From the IMG/VR virus record IMGVR_UViG_3300032116_021735: a DNA stretch of 20,000 nucleotides; one strand, given 5' to 3'. Position 1 is the first letter of the stretch. Every line of letters starts with the position of its first letter. The notes under the pieces were generated by a model. It saw only the letters and a list, made by a program, of their open reading frames with translations. It made no database searches and had not been told where the DNA came from. This stretch comes from an uncultured virus (IMG/VR IMGVR_UViG_3300032116_021735) (lineage: Duplodnaviria; Heunggongvirae; Uroviricota; Caudoviricetes). This document shows positions 6,536 to 17,405 of the stretch, piece after piece. A program made the translations under genes and the position numbers.

Positions 6536-7975
6536 ATGAGCGGAATATTAGATAATAGATCTAGAATAATAGATGCCATTCTAACCTCAGAGGGAAGAAG
6601 GCAAATGGCGCAGGGTACTTTTGAAGTTTCTTATGCAACTTTTACTGACTCAGGCGTCTCCTATATACCAGACTTAGTTAACGGACACCAAGACCCAACT
6701 GATAAAATTTATTTTGAAGCCTGTAATCTTCCGCAAGATCAAATAACATTTGAATCAAACGATGAAGGAAAACTTGTTCCCTTCAGATCTCAGGATATTA
6801 AAGTAGAAACTCCTGAAGGAAATATACCCAACGCTATGGCTGAAGGAAGCATAGTCAATGGTAGACTAACTGCATATCAATACCATCATGGAAGGAGAAT
6901 AAAGGCTTCTTTAATTACAGAGAATATAAACGATGACAACAAAGGATTCATTTATTCTGATTCTCTAGGTGTCACAGGAAGCATACTGGTTAAACCTAGA
7001 CTCTTAGGAGGCACATACACAGTAACTGCACCTTCTCCTGGAGGACCTTATATTGGATATGTGGGAACAAGGGGAGGTTCTGGTCCCAAAGAATTTTGCA
7101 TTGCAATATCTGGAGCCATTAGTTCTTTAAAGAACATTGGTGGTCCTGATGTTTCTTGCAGGGCCATTAATGACTCAGTTTATTTGGATTTCTTAGAATC
7201 TTTTTCAGGAACTAAGTTATTTGCAACGGGTACTCTTTCCTCTCCGCTACAACTAGAAGAAGGAGCAATTGGTGGAAAAATTCTTACCGACGAAATTGAA
7301 AATGCATCTTTTTCAAGTCAGATAAGGGGAATTTTAACTTCTTCTCTTGACAATTTTATTGATTTGCAGACAATTTCAAGCGTTGACAGACTTTTTGAAG
7401 ATGATAAATTTTTCTTGTCTGAAAATGAATTAACATTCGATCTCTCAAAATCATCTTCAAAATCTCTCAAATCTTTTAGGGAAGCACCTCCGTCTCTCAA
7501 TTCAATTGATTCACTCTTTAATGATAAAAAATTGAGTCATCTAGAAAATTTCATGTATCTTCCTCCCATAGTAAAAACTTCAGATTCAACCGTGTCTGAC
7601 AAGACAAGAATAGAGAATTTAACGCCCTATCTTTTAGGGAATTATCCTTCTTGGGGAGATAACGAAGTGAGAATGTCTTATTCAGACATAATGGAAGAAA
7701 TTAAATCATTTGACAATGATGAAAAGCCTGTTTACTTTAACTTTACTTCTAGAAAGAATAGGGTCATTGGTCAAATTTTTGAAATTACAAACAATACAGT
7801 GAACAAGCTTGATATTGTTGATTTTGGAGATTTGTCTAATAATTCTCAAGACTTAAACAGAATATTTTTTATAGGCAAGACATTTTTGGACAACAGAGGA
7901 ACTACCTGCTTTGTCAATATGTTTACTCTTGTTTTTTCAAGAGATGATAGAAGCTCTCTAGAGGTAGTCAAATGA
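6536..7975 (+). CDS. Putative virion structural protein (baseplate/tail), paralogous N-terminus to 16637-17386
   Basis: ILDNRSRIIDAILTSEGRRQMA...F.VSYATFTDSGVSY...FEA parallels YLDHSTNNIILDAVLTDYGRQRLA...F.VTHYSLGDDEVDY...FEA. The ORF is clear; the function is inferred. Confidence 0.6.
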   Translation: MSGILDNRSRIIDAILTSEGRRQMAQGTFEVSYATFTDSGVSYIPDLVNGHQDPTDKIYFEACNLPQDQITFESNDEGKLVPFRSQDIKVETPEGNIPNAMAEGSIVNGRLTAYQYHHGRRIKASLITENINDDNKGFIYSDSLGVTGSILVKPRLLGGTYTVTAPSPGGPYIGYVGTRGGSGPKEFCIAISGAISSLKNIGGPDVSCRAINDSVYLDFLESFSGTKLFATGTLSSPLQLEEGAIGGKILTDEIENASFSSQIRGILTSSLDNFIDLQTISSVDRLFEDDKFFLSENELTFDLSKSSSKSLKSFREAPPSLNSIDSLFNDKKLSHLENFMYLPPIVKTSDSTVSDKTRIENLTPYLLGNYPSWGDNEVRMSYSDIMEEIKSFDNDEKPVYFNFTSRKNRVIGQIFEITNNTVNKLDIVDFGDLSNNSQDLNRIFFIGKTFLDNRGTTCFVNMFTLVFSRDDRSSLEVVK

Positions 7976-10656
7976 AAATTTATCAAAAACCTGTAATTTC
8001 TGATAGGTCTTCTTCCGTACTAAAGATTAATAAGGACACTTTCGCAGAATTAATTTCTGAGAGCACTGATTTTTTTAACTTTAACTTTACTTTTAGTATT
8101 TCTTTAAAAAATTCAAGAAAAGATCCTAGACAGTATGACAAAGTTGTAATAACTGTAAAAAGAAAAGAAGATAATTACTCTGATTTGTTTTCTAATATTG
8201 CAAGCGAAACAGCAAACAGGGTTATCAATTATCCACTTTCGACCACTCCTCAGAAAAAGTTTTCAAATTCTCCTACAAAAATTCTGCCTGATAAAGTTTC
8301 TAACAAGCTTTATTCAGGATTGAATTTAGTAAAAGACATTGATAAAAAAGAGCAGTTTATAGGACAATCATCAATATTAATCAATTCATTAATAGTTGAA
8401 GCTGCTTCAAACAAGTATACTCTCACGGAACTATATGCCGAAGACTTTAAGAAGAGTAGAAAAGAAGCCAGAGACAGAGATACTCAGCTTAGAAATCAAA
8501 TCATTTTAGATGAAAAATCTAGCATTGTTAGCGATATAGACACGAATAGAATAGATCCATCTTCCGTTCTAACTCGAATTAATTCAGAGTTGTGCGATAT
8601 AACATACCCGCTATCTGAAGAATCTATTTCAAGTCTTAGCTCGGAGTCCTTGTTTGAAAATCCTAAGTTAAGAATGAGTCATATATCCAGTGGAAATCCT
8701 CCGCTATTTTTTGATATAGTCAAGTACTACTTGAGCGACATCCAACCAGCACCTGCTGAAGATACTTCTACATTGTATGAAAAGAGAATTTCTACTAAGA
8801 ATCTTGATGATATCTCTATTAGTCATTCTATTCCCATTAAAAAAAATAACAAGAACGTCAACTTAGAAGTTAGATTCGATCTATACAAGATAGGATCTAA
8901 TATTATTGACGAAACATTCTCTACAGATTTATTTCTTCCCAGTCATGTAGAGGCTTTTAATTGCATTTCTAATCCTCCGGAAGTTAAATTTTCTTATGCT
9001 AAATTTTTTCAAAAAAATGAAGAATCTTCTCTTTGCAATGTAACAGTCATCGATAGAGAAATTTCTAAAAAAATAGATGGGTATAATGTCTATCTAAAGT
9101 CTATAGACGCTCAAGGTAATGTTTCTCCCTATGAAAAGATATCTCAATTAAAAAATGAAAAAATAAATGAATTTCAAGTCTTAACCAAGTCCAAGCTATC
9201 AATTCTTAGAGTGATACCGCTAGATTCACAGAACAAAGAGTCAAATACATTTACCAATATTGTTATAGGGCCTGGCTATAAAAGCATAGGAGCTTTAACA
9301 ATATTGCCAAGTCATTTTGGAAAGAATGGAATTAAAATAGATGTTTTAAATGTTCCTTCTAATTGTATTTCTTTGTCTCTGTATAGAAGAGATTGCACAG
9401 ATAACACGGAAGGTAATTTTGAACCAATTGAGACAATTAAGATTGTTAACAGTAGTAATATTTCGACAATAACAGATAGGTTTACTAATATTGGAAGAGT
9501 ATATGAGTATTATGCAATAGCAATTTGTATTGAAGATAATTCAAAAGAAGAAATATCGGTATATTCAAATTTTTCTGTTTTTAAGAGCTCTTCTGGTCCT
9601 TCAACAGACGCATCAATAAATGTAAATTTGCTAAATTCAAAATTTTCTACGTCTGATCTTTCTCCAAGCGTATCATTCGATCTTCTCACTTCAATATCAA
9701 AATCTGAAAATGAAAAAATAACTCAAACTCTTAAAGATCAGCTAGGAGAACTTTACAATCAGTTTCTAAATCCCGCAACAAATTCCTCTTCGCCTCTTGG
9801 GGAGGACAGTTCAGGAATACCGCAATATTCAAATATTTTCTTTCATGAAGTAGTAAGAACTAACTTGAATACCTCAGAGAGAGAAACTTTCGATTTAGTT
9901 TCAGATGGTACATTTATAGATAATCAAGAAACTCAAAAGATAAACAACGTAAAATCCATAAATCCCAACCATTCTTACGTCTACCAGATCTTTACTTATA
10001 AAAAGAATCCTGTAGAAATTTTTAAGAAATTTGTGGTAAGAGGTATTGACAACAGAGGGAAAGAATGGTTTTATCTTCCGTACAAGTGGAAACAACCAGT
10101 CGTAAAGCTTGGAAAACTTTACCCTGATGATAATCATGGAATTCCTGTTGTTGATGCATATGAAAACTTTACTTCTGAGTCTTTTGGACTTACTGCTCAA
10201 TATCAAATCGAATCTTCTTCTCAGTATTATTCAATAGATCAAATAGACCTGGATAGAATCGACGTAAATACTGTAAGAATAAGCTGGTCTTCAAATAACA
10301 ATATACAGGAAGTTTTAGACTCTTTTGTTGTTATGAAAGTAGTGAACGGAATAAGAAGTTTTGTTGGAAGAACTTGCAAGAATTACATTTACCATCAATT
10401 GACTGATTTAGATTTGGGAAGCATTTATTACATCGTTGTGCCTATAATGTCAGAATTTGACATCGACACACCTGCTTATTCTGAAACAATTTATGTCTCT
10501 CCCGAAGGTTTAACGCCAAGAGTCAAGGTGACTTCTCTTTCTTCCAAACTAATTGATGATTCATCCATAAAGATGAATGAAAACATTTTTAATGTTGAAA
10601 AGAACAGCTCCCTCTTGTCTTCTTTAAAGCAGAAATCATCTTTTAAAAAAATCTGA
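7972..10656 (+). CDS. Large putative structural protein with FN3/Ig-like beta-sandwich repeats
   Basis: Recurrent FN3-like strand patterns: GYNVYLK; LYRRD...ITDRFTNIGRVYEYYAIA; FID...HSYVYQIF; VRISW...IYYIVVPI. ATGA overlap with the upstream gene. Confidence 0.6.
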   Translation: MKIYQKPVISDRSSSVLKINKDTFAELISESTDFFNFNFTFSISLKNSRKDPRQYDKVVITVKRKEDNYSDLFSNIASETANRVINYPLSTTPQKKFSNSPTKILPDKVSNKLYSGLNLVKDIDKKEQFIGQSSILINSLIVEAASNKYTLTELYAEDFKKSRKEARDRDTQLRNQIILDEKSSIVSDIDTNRIDPSSVLTRINSELCDITYPLSEESISSLSSESLFENPKLRMSHISSGNPPLFFDIVKYYLSDIQPAPAEDTSTLYEKRISTKNLDDISISHSIPIKKNNKNVNLEVRFDLYKIGSNIIDETFSTDLFLPSHVEAFNCISNPPEVKFSYAKFFQKNEESSLCNVTVIDREISKKIDGYNVYLKSIDAQGNVSPYEKISQLKNEKINEFQVLTKSKLSILRVIPLDSQNKESNTFTNIVIGPGYKSIGALTILPSHFGKNGIKIDVLNVPSNCISLSLYRRDCTDNTEGNFEPIETIKIVNSSNISTITDRFTNIGRVYEYYAIAICIEDNSKEEISVYSNFSVFKSSSGPSTDASINVNLLNSKFSTSDLSPSVSFDLLTSISKSENEKITQTLKDQLGELYNQFLNPATNSSSPLGEDSSGIPQYSNIFFHEVVRTNLNTSERETFDLVSDGTFIDNQETQKINNVKSINPNHSYVYQIFTYKKNPVEIFKKFVVRGIDNRGKEWFYLPYKWKQPVVKLGKLYPDDNHGIPVVDAYENFTSESFGLTAQYQIESSSQYYSIDQIDLDRIDVNTVRISWSSNNNIQEVLDSFVVMKVVNGIRSFVGRTCKNYIYHQLTDLDLGSIYYIVVPIMSEFDIDTPAYSETIYVSPEGLTPRVKVTSLSSKLIDDSSIKMNENIFNVEKNSSLLSSLKQKSSFKKI

Positions 10657-10670
10657 ATGGATAAAGCAAA

Positions 10671-13600
10671 ATGATAAAAACTTCAAAGATCTTTAGTGGA
10701 ACTGCTTCTTCTATTCCCAAAGTTACACTACATTCAACCCCAGTTGGAATTTCTGCAGCAGTTTCAAATTTCTCTGTACCAGTAGTTCCTATACAAGGAA
10801 TTCAATCATCTCTTTTATCAAGTAAGTCTTCATTTGGAATTTCTGGTGAAGTTAGTAATTTTAACGTTTCAAATGAATTCATTCAGGATGCAGTATCTCA
10901 AAAAATACCTACTGTATCTATAAAAACTCCTATAATTCAAAAACCAATTACGTCTCCAAATCTTTTTCAAGATTCATCTGATCTTGAAGTCTCAGAGACT
11001 AACCTGGAACAGAAAATTTTTTCTCAATACACGGGAATAAATGAAAGTGAGCCTTCTGTTATCTTAATGTCAGAATTTTCTCCCATATTTTCCGGAGGAT
11101 CAAAGAGCGAACAAGGAAAGGCTCTTGGCATAAAAGAGAATTCCAAAATCATAAATGCAAAAGTTGCAATAACTGTTCTTTCTCAAAGTAATGATACTAG
11201 ATCATTTATAAAATCAAATAAACAAGAACTAAGCAGCTATATTTTGGAAGAAGACTCGTTTCTTAATCAGCTGTCTAGAGTAACTTCTAAATCTTTAGAG
11301 TCTTTAGATGTAAGCTCATATGCAGTTCCTGTTTTTACCAAGTCAAATTTTGTGGGAAGCCTGTATGAGACGTTAAAAAAATCTGGCTATAGCGCAGACA
11401 ATATAGTTAAATTTTCTGAAACTAAGCTGTGGAATCAGTCATTGATTGAGCTAAAGAGATCACTCTTAACTCACACACAAGAATTAACTTCAATAAAATT
11501 TAATAGAAGGAATATAAGCTCAGATAGCGATCCTTTTGTTCTTTCTGACGTTGAAAAAGAGCCTGAGGGTCTTAAGAGGATATGGATAAATCCTTATTTG
11601 ACTTTGCCTACCTCTAGCGAAATTACCAATATTTCTAAACTAGAAGATAATATTAGAAATTTTTCTGATTTTGACAACAAGCAGTTTGTAAATCTATCAA
11701 TTTCTAATTCTTCTAGCTACTCAGGTATTACAAATAATATAAGTGGATTCATTTCTTCTTTTTCTTATACAGGAAGAGATATCAGCATAGTAGCTAACAC
11801 AGTTTTAAAAGAATCAACTTACGCTTCCTATCTGTTGAAACCAGAAAATTACTCTAGCATTGAGTATAAATTCAATTATAGATTGTCTCCATCAGGAGAC
11901 AACTTTCCTGTGTGGGATTATATCGTCGGCAGATTTCCAAGATCAGTCTTACAATTTTCTCAAAATCCTACGGGAAATAAGAATTCTTTGTCTTCATTTT
12001 CACAAGAATATGTTGCGCAGGGAGAAAGCACTTTTAACATACTTACGTTTGAAAATAATGTAATAGAAGGCACCAGTGTAACTCCCGGGTCAAGCTATTA
12101 CATTGATAGTTCTTTAATGACTCTTGACGGTAGATCATTTGATACTTCGAGGCTTGATCAACTTATCAGAAAGACAAAAGAAGCACACGATACAACAAAA
12201 ACAATTGTTGATATTCTCGGCTATAACATAGAAAAGATCTCTAATCCCGCCGGATTTAACGAGAAGTATGTAAAGAAAAATCAAGAATTTAATCTTGATC
12301 AACTCATTGATAAGCTTTCTATAGTTGCTTCAACCTATAAAAAATGCACTAAGATTTCTTCCCAGAAAGAAATTGATTCTTTAGATTCTACTTACATGAG
12401 TTCTGGATTCGGTCTCACGTTAAATGAATCAGTTGGTATTAGACTTGCATCCCTTATTTGTAAGGCAGCTGTATATCCAACCAAAAACTTTGAAAAGACT
12501 TCAAATAGACTAAAGTCTCTCCTTTTTCTTTGGACAGTTAATGTTGCCTTAAAACAAATAGACACTTCTATAAACAATGATAGTCTGATAAGTTTACTAA
12601 AAACAAAAATTTCTGAGCATCTTGCCTCTATAGCTGTTTCTTCAAACGCATCAGAAATATCACAAGCAAATAAAGAGGCGAGAACTTTTCCACTTGCTGC
12701 TGGCAGTTCTCCAGGTATAAGAACATATGAAGCTGAAATTAACGACACACCCGCAGTAAGAGAGAAAAAAGCTGCCCTAATAACTTACGTACAGTCAGTT
12801 AACTACAGAGTTTTTCAAATAGATCCTGGAAAAGGAATCTGGTTCGAGATCATTGGATTGCTAAAGAAAGTTTTAACGACCAGCCTCTATACAGGAGATT
12901 TTACTTCCTACTCGGGAATATCAAAGTTTGCTTATGTATTTTCTTTCTTTGACCTTGTCTTAAGGATAGTATCTTCTCAAACACCAGAAAATCTTTTAGG
13001 AACTTATTCAACTTCTTATGAGTACAATTCATCTTTTGGATCAATAACAATTTCTGAAACTGGATTTTTAATTGACAAAGTTACCAAGAGCAATCTCAAT
13101 GAGTGTTTTGACGCAAATTACATAGGTCCAAGCTATAAGTCAACAAAATTCTCCCGGAAGATATCTGACGCTGTAGGCTTCGTAAATTCAGAAAATACAG
13201 CTGTTATTAACCACGTTGCTATTTTTAGAAAATATCTCTTAGACCTTGGTATTTCTCTTGGTCTTTTTAGTTCTTTTTTAAAGAATAACTTTGAATCTCA
13301 TATTGCAACTCTAAAAAGCCTCTATGACTTAGACACAAATCTAAATGAAAGTCAAAAGACTTCTTTAATGAACTTAACGTTCTCAGAAGAGCAAATAAGG
13401 CTGACCAGATACTTGATGTCAGAAATAAAGGACAGAATAAAAGGCACAAGTAATCTTGAAGGTCAGTTAAGATCTTTACCAACTTTCTCAGACTTTCCAA
13501 GAGGATTTTCTGATTTTTTACCTCTCAACGAGACCGATATGGTTTCTTACACTATGCTTTCTCCTTACTTTAAATCGATTGAATTTTTAAAAGAAAAGGG

Positions 13601-14621
13601 AAACAACAAGAAGATCATTTCAATTGGAATTCCTCCTCGTCTCAATAGAAAAATAAGAACCATAGCAAGAACTTCAACAATTTCTGAGAAATCTATCAAA
13701 GAAGGATTGATTAGAATTAAGATCTATAAGATCGACAGACTTCATCCGGATATAGTCTATCTTCCAAAGACTTATCTTTTTGAGATGAATAGATTCCCTA
13801 CGAGAATTATTTCTAACTGGAATTATGATTCCTTCGTAGATGATGATTTTAATCTACTCAACATTCCAAGCAAACTAATAGATCCTGAAGGAAATATTAG
13901 TTTGAAAAAGAATTACATCGAAGCATTTCCGGCCTCAGTTTATGGAGACATTTTAAAAGAAGAAGAAAAATTCGAGATATACTCAAACCATTCTACCAGC
14001 TTTCTTTTAGAAGAATATCTTAGATGGTTTACAGACATACACTTTGACGAAAGTAGATACGTTAATTTTTCAGGGATAGACAAATCTGTTGACATAAAAG
14101 GAAGCCAGTACAAGACTTACCTGGGATTTGCAAAGAATAATCTTTCAACACAGGATTTTTCTCAAAAAGTTGCAGGTAGATTCACAGATCCCACAAGCGG
14201 AGAAACGTTCACTGTACCAATAAGCTCTCCTGAAAAATCCAATTCTTCTACTTCTACGTCAGCAAATACAAAATCTTACGTTATTCCAATGGACAGTACG
14301 ATTCTTTCGTATTTTTCAAATGAGACACTTGTTATAGATCCTTCTGAAGTAAAAAGAAGAATTTCGTGTTTGAAAAAATTTGACAGAGTCTTTACAGTAG
14401 TATTCGACCCAGATGATTTTTACGTAGATACTTCTGTTTCATCCAAGACTACGCTAGAATCGCTAAAAAATTTAGGGATACTTGTCGGAGGAGACATGGG
14501 AACTTCAAAGGATGAATCTCCGTACAAGAATAGGGATACAGTTCCTGGAGATGTTACACTTGACGAATATTTTGTAACGCTAGAACCTTACGATTACGTC
14601 CAAGAATATGAGGAAAAATGA
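10671..14621 (+). CDS. Large hypothetical protein (1316 aa), probably virion-associated
   Basis: Long Ser-rich ORF with no recognisable catalytic motif, embedded among structural-type genes. Confidence 0.55.
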   Translation: MIKTSKIFSGTASSIPKVTLHSTPVGISAAVSNFSVPVVPIQGIQSSLLSSKSSFGISGEVSNFNVSNEFIQDAVSQKIPTVSIKTPIIQKPITSPNLFQDSSDLEVSETNLEQKIFSQYTGINESEPSVILMSEFSPIFSGGSKSEQGKALGIKENSKIINAKVAITVLSQSNDTRSFIKSNKQELSSYILEEDSFLNQLSRVTSKSLESLDVSSYAVPVFTKSNFVGSLYETLKKSGYSADNIVKFSETKLWNQSLIELKRSLLTHTQELTSIKFNRRNISSDSDPFVLSDVEKEPEGLKRIWINPYLTLPTSSEITNISKLEDNIRNFSDFDNKQFVNLSISNSSSYSGITNNISGFISSFSYTGRDISIVANTVLKESTYASYLLKPENYSSIEYKFNYRLSPSGDNFPVWDYIVGRFPRSVLQFSQNPTGNKNSLSSFSQEYVAQGESTFNILTFENNVIEGTSVTPGSSYYIDSSLMTLDGRSFDTSRLDQLIRKTKEAHDTTKTIVDILGYNIEKISNPAGFNEKYVKKNQEFNLDQLIDKLSIVASTYKKCTKISSQKEIDSLDSTYMSSGFGLTLNESVGIRLASLICKAAVYPTKNFEKTSNRLKSLLFLWTVNVALKQIDTSINNDSLISLLKTKISEHLASIAVSSNASEISQANKEARTFPLAAGSSPGIRTYEAEINDTPAVREKKAALITYVQSVNYRVFQIDPGKGIWFEIIGLLKKVLTTSLYTGDFTSYSGISKFAYVFSFFDLVLRIVSSQTPENLLGTYSTSYEYNSSFGSITISETGFLIDKVTKSNLNECFDANYIGPSYKSTKFSRKISDAVGFVNSENTAVINHVAIFRKYLLDLGISLGLFSSFLKNNFESHIATLKSLYDLDTNLNESQKTSLMNLTFSEEQIRLTRYLMSEIKDRIKGTSNLEGQLRSLPTFSDFPRGFSDFLPLNETDMVSYTMLSPYFKSIEFLKEKGNNKKIISIGIPPRLNRKIRTIARTSTISEKSIKEGLIRIKIYKIDRLHPDIVYLPKTYLFEMNRFPTRIISNWNYDSFVDDDFNLLNIPSKLIDPEGNISLKKNYIEAFPASVYGDILKEEEKFEIYSNHSTSFLLEEYLRWFTDIHFDESRYVNFSGIDKSVDIKGSQYKTYLGFAKNNLSTQDFSQKVAGRFTDPTSGETFTVPISSPEKSNSSTSTSANTKSYVIPMDSTILSYFSNETLVIDPSEVKRRISCLKKFDRVFTVVFDPDDFYVDTSVSSKTTLESLKNLGILVGGDMGTSKDESPYKNRDTVPGDVTLDEYFVTLEPYDYVQEYEEK

Positions 14622-16555
14622 TTAAGCCTTCTCTGTTGAGTGAAATTAGAACAATAGATTCTGACAGAGAATTTACTGTTAGAGAAGAAATTAGGGTACC
14701 CGCAGAGGATCTTGGAAAGTCTTATCAATTTTCTAAGAACAAGATGTCTGACCCGTCTTTATCAGTCGATGACGTTAATGTTCCTGAAATAACTGATTAC
14801 AAGTCAGAGTTTATCTACAATTTTTACACTAAAGATGAAAGAATCAACGAACTTTCTGATAATCAAAAAAATAGCCTTGAAAAGATTCCAAGGTATGTTT
14901 CTTTAAGATGGACTTCTCCAAAAGCTTCTAATCTAGAAGAGTCTAAATTAGATCTTGAAAAAAACAGCTCCGCAGATCTCTCCATAGAGAACAATTCTGA
15001 TAAGATTGTATCAGAGGATAATTTCTTTAACCCGAGTTATGTCAACTACACCTTTTCTAACATAGACATGATAGAACAGGGAGCTTCAGACATAGAAAAT
15101 TACAGCAGAATCTCTAGAAGAACTGAAGAGAGTATATTCAAAATGTCAAAAGTTCAGATAGAGAACGCTTCTTTGTCTGAGAGAGAGAACAATCCAAATT
15201 ATAGTAGAATTTTAGGTGATCTAACTGAAACATATACCAAACTTGCTGATTTACCAAAAAACTCTCTAGGTCTTAGAGTTTATGATGAGCAAAAAAAAGC
15301 CGTTGATGAAGACGATCTTCTCAGATCTATTACAAATTCAGTATCTCTAACTGTAAAAATTAACAACTCTGTCATTCCTGATATCTTCAGTAATTCTTCA
15401 GTAAAAAACAATCAAACAAATTACGAAACATTGCGTGTCTCATATTCTGAATCTCTCAGCGGATTCAAGAATAGAGAAGGTCTTAGCCTAGTTCCTGTTC
15501 AAAATGATTATGCAGACACTGCGAAGTCCAAATTGACAAGTCCTATAAAGCTTCTTGGATATATCATTGATAGATACAAGATCACTAACGACGGATTTCA
15601 AAAAGATAAAACTTATTACATTGAAGATATACAAAAAACTAATTTTGAGGACGTTGCTGTTGTTTATGGAATAACTTACGTTTATTCTGTTAGAGTAGTA
15701 GCAAGTGTCAAGTTGCTCACATACACATACGATGGATCTTCAGTTAATTCTTCTACAATTTATGTAAGCTCGAGACCTGTATCAATTCCCGTGGAGTGTT
15801 ATGAGTACAACCCTCCACCAGAACCTAACGATATAAGATTTGTATTTGATTATGTCAAGAGAAACTTAAAAATTCATTGGGACACACCAGTCAATCCTCA
15901 GAAAGATATTAAACAATTTCAAGTATTTAGGAGAAAAACCATTAGAGAGCCATTTGAATTAATTGCTCAATATGGATTTGATAATACGGATATCGGAGAA
16001 GGGGTTTTTCGATATCTTACAGGAGAAATTGTTGATTCCAACAATCTTGAAAGAGTTCCGTCAGACTATAAGAGACTTGTAAAAATCTCTGAAAATCCGG
16101 TCTATATGCACGTTGATGAAGATTTTACCGTGGACCCAGAATTCTACATTTCTTCTGATTACATCTATGCAATTTGTAGCATAGATGCCCATGGAATGAT
16201 ATCTAATTACTCTTCTCAGCATAGAGTAACTTTTGATCCATATAAAAATAAGCTAGTAACTAGTGTTATCTGTGATGCTGGTTCGCCTCGACAGTATCCC
16301 AATATGAATCTCAGGTCTGACGCATTCAAAGACGTAATTAACATATCGGGAGATTCTACAAAGAAGCTTAATGTTTACTTTGCTCCCGAATACCTTAAAG
16401 TCAAGGATGAAAGAAATATTACTTATAAGATAGTAGAATCTCAAATTGACAATCAGAATTCTTATTATCTTCTTCAGTTTATCAATCTTGACAATCAAAA
16501 GATTCAAACTATAAAAATCAATGTAAAAGATCCGGGAAGACTTACTGAGTCTTAG
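14618..16555 (+). CDS. Putative structural protein with FN3-like domains
   Basis: GYIIDRY...FEDVAVVYGITYVYSVRVV and PPPEPNDI...LKIHWDTP...IKQFQVFRR...YIYAICSIDAHGMISNYS are typical FN3 signatures. ATGA overlap upstream. Confidence 0.7.
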   Translation: MIKPSLLSEIRTIDSDREFTVREEIRVPAEDLGKSYQFSKNKMSDPSLSVDDVNVPEITDYKSEFIYNFYTKDERINELSDNQKNSLEKIPRYVSLRWTSPKASNLEESKLDLEKNSSADLSIENNSDKIVSEDNFFNPSYVNYTFSNIDMIEQGASDIENYSRISRRTEESIFKMSKVQIENASLSERENNPNYSRILGDLTETYTKLADLPKNSLGLRVYDEQKKAVDEDDLLRSITNSVSLTVKINNSVIPDIFSNSSVKNNQTNYETLRVSYSESLSGFKNREGLSLVPVQNDYADTAKSKLTSPIKLLGYIIDRYKITNDGFQKDKTYYIEDIQKTNFEDVAVVYGITYVYSVRVVASVKLLTYTYDGSSVNSSTIYVSSRPVSIPVECYEYNPPPEPNDIRFVFDYVKRNLKIHWDTPVNPQKDIKQFQVFRRKTIREPFELIAQYGFDNTDIGEGVFRYLTGEIVDSNNLERVPSDYKRLVKISENPVYMHVDEDFTVDPEFYISSDYIYAICSIDAHGMISNYSSQHRVTFDPYKNKLVTSVICDAGSPRQYPNMNLRSDAFKDVINISGDSTKKLNVYFAPEYLKVKDERNITYKIVESQIDNQNSYYLLQFINLDNQKIQTIKINVKDPGRLTES

Positions 16556-16636
16556 TGATTGCTAGAAACAACTAATTCAAGCTAAAAAAAAGAACTTTGA
16601 ATAATTACAGCATTAGAAGACCAAACCTGAGGGCGT

Positions 16637-17386
16637 ATGGGATATCTTGATCATAGCACAAACAACATAATACTGGACGCAGTTTTAACTGATTACGGTC
16701 GTCAAAGACTTGCGACAGCGAATAGTTCTTTTAATGTAACTCATTACTCCCTTGGAGACGATGAAGTAGATTACAGAATTATAAAGAAGTATGGAAGAAC
16801 TGTCGGTAAAGAGAAGATAGAGAAAAACACGCCCATATTCGAGGCATTAACAAATTCTTCAATTGCTCTCAAGTACAGACTAATTGGAAGAGAGAATGAT
16901 GGAACCTCCATTTCTACAATTTATCTCCCAGTTTTAAAAACAAATTCCACGGTCGCGCTAGAGAAAACACAAAATTCTTCAGTTTCAGTAAAAGTTGACC
17001 TCTATTTTAACAACTCCACTGGTGCTTCTGTTCCTGCAGAATTGATACAGACTATCTATAAGATAAAAGTCTCGGATAGATTCTTTACCATAGATACACC
17101 CGTTGGAGGAAATCTAACACAACCAGACACAGCCAGGAATTTGGCAAATGCAGGTGATCCCAACAGGATTGCGACGTACACATTTACGACATCTTCAAGT
17201 ACGCAAACTTCTATTTCTTTTAATGTAAAAGCAAGAAATATTGACAACACTACGCTTTCTGTTTATGGAAAAAGAATTGCCACAAATTCTTCAGTTAGAC
17301 AAATAACGAGTTATATTACCGTTGTAGGCGAAAGGCACGGATGTACGCTGGACATTCCTGTCACTTACAGAGCATCTTTAATCTGA
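16637..17386 (+). CDS. Putative virion structural protein with tail-collar/baseplate-like N-terminus
   Basis: AVLTDYGRQRLA...VTHYSLGD resembles the start of phage tail-collar fibre domains (ILT..G...LA...IT....GD). GAGGG lies upstream. Confidence 0.65.
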   Translation: MGYLDHSTNNIILDAVLTDYGRQRLATANSSFNVTHYSLGDDEVDYRIIKKYGRTVGKEKIEKNTPIFEALTNSSIALKYRLIGRENDGTSISTIYLPVLKTNSTVALEKTQNSSVSVKVDLYFNNSTGASVPAELIQTIYKIKVSDRFFTIDTPVGGNLTQPDTARNLANAGDPNRIATYTFTTSSSTQTSISFNVKARNIDNTTLSVYGKRIATNSSVRQITSYITVVGERHGCTLDIPVTYRASLI

Positions 17387-17405
17387 ACGTGGATTTAAAA
17401 ACAAA

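Noticed and set aside
16584..16591. A8 tract upstream of 16637 as a terminator or slippage site
   Set aside because: Intergenic, with no convincing GC-rich stem; expected in AT-rich DNA.
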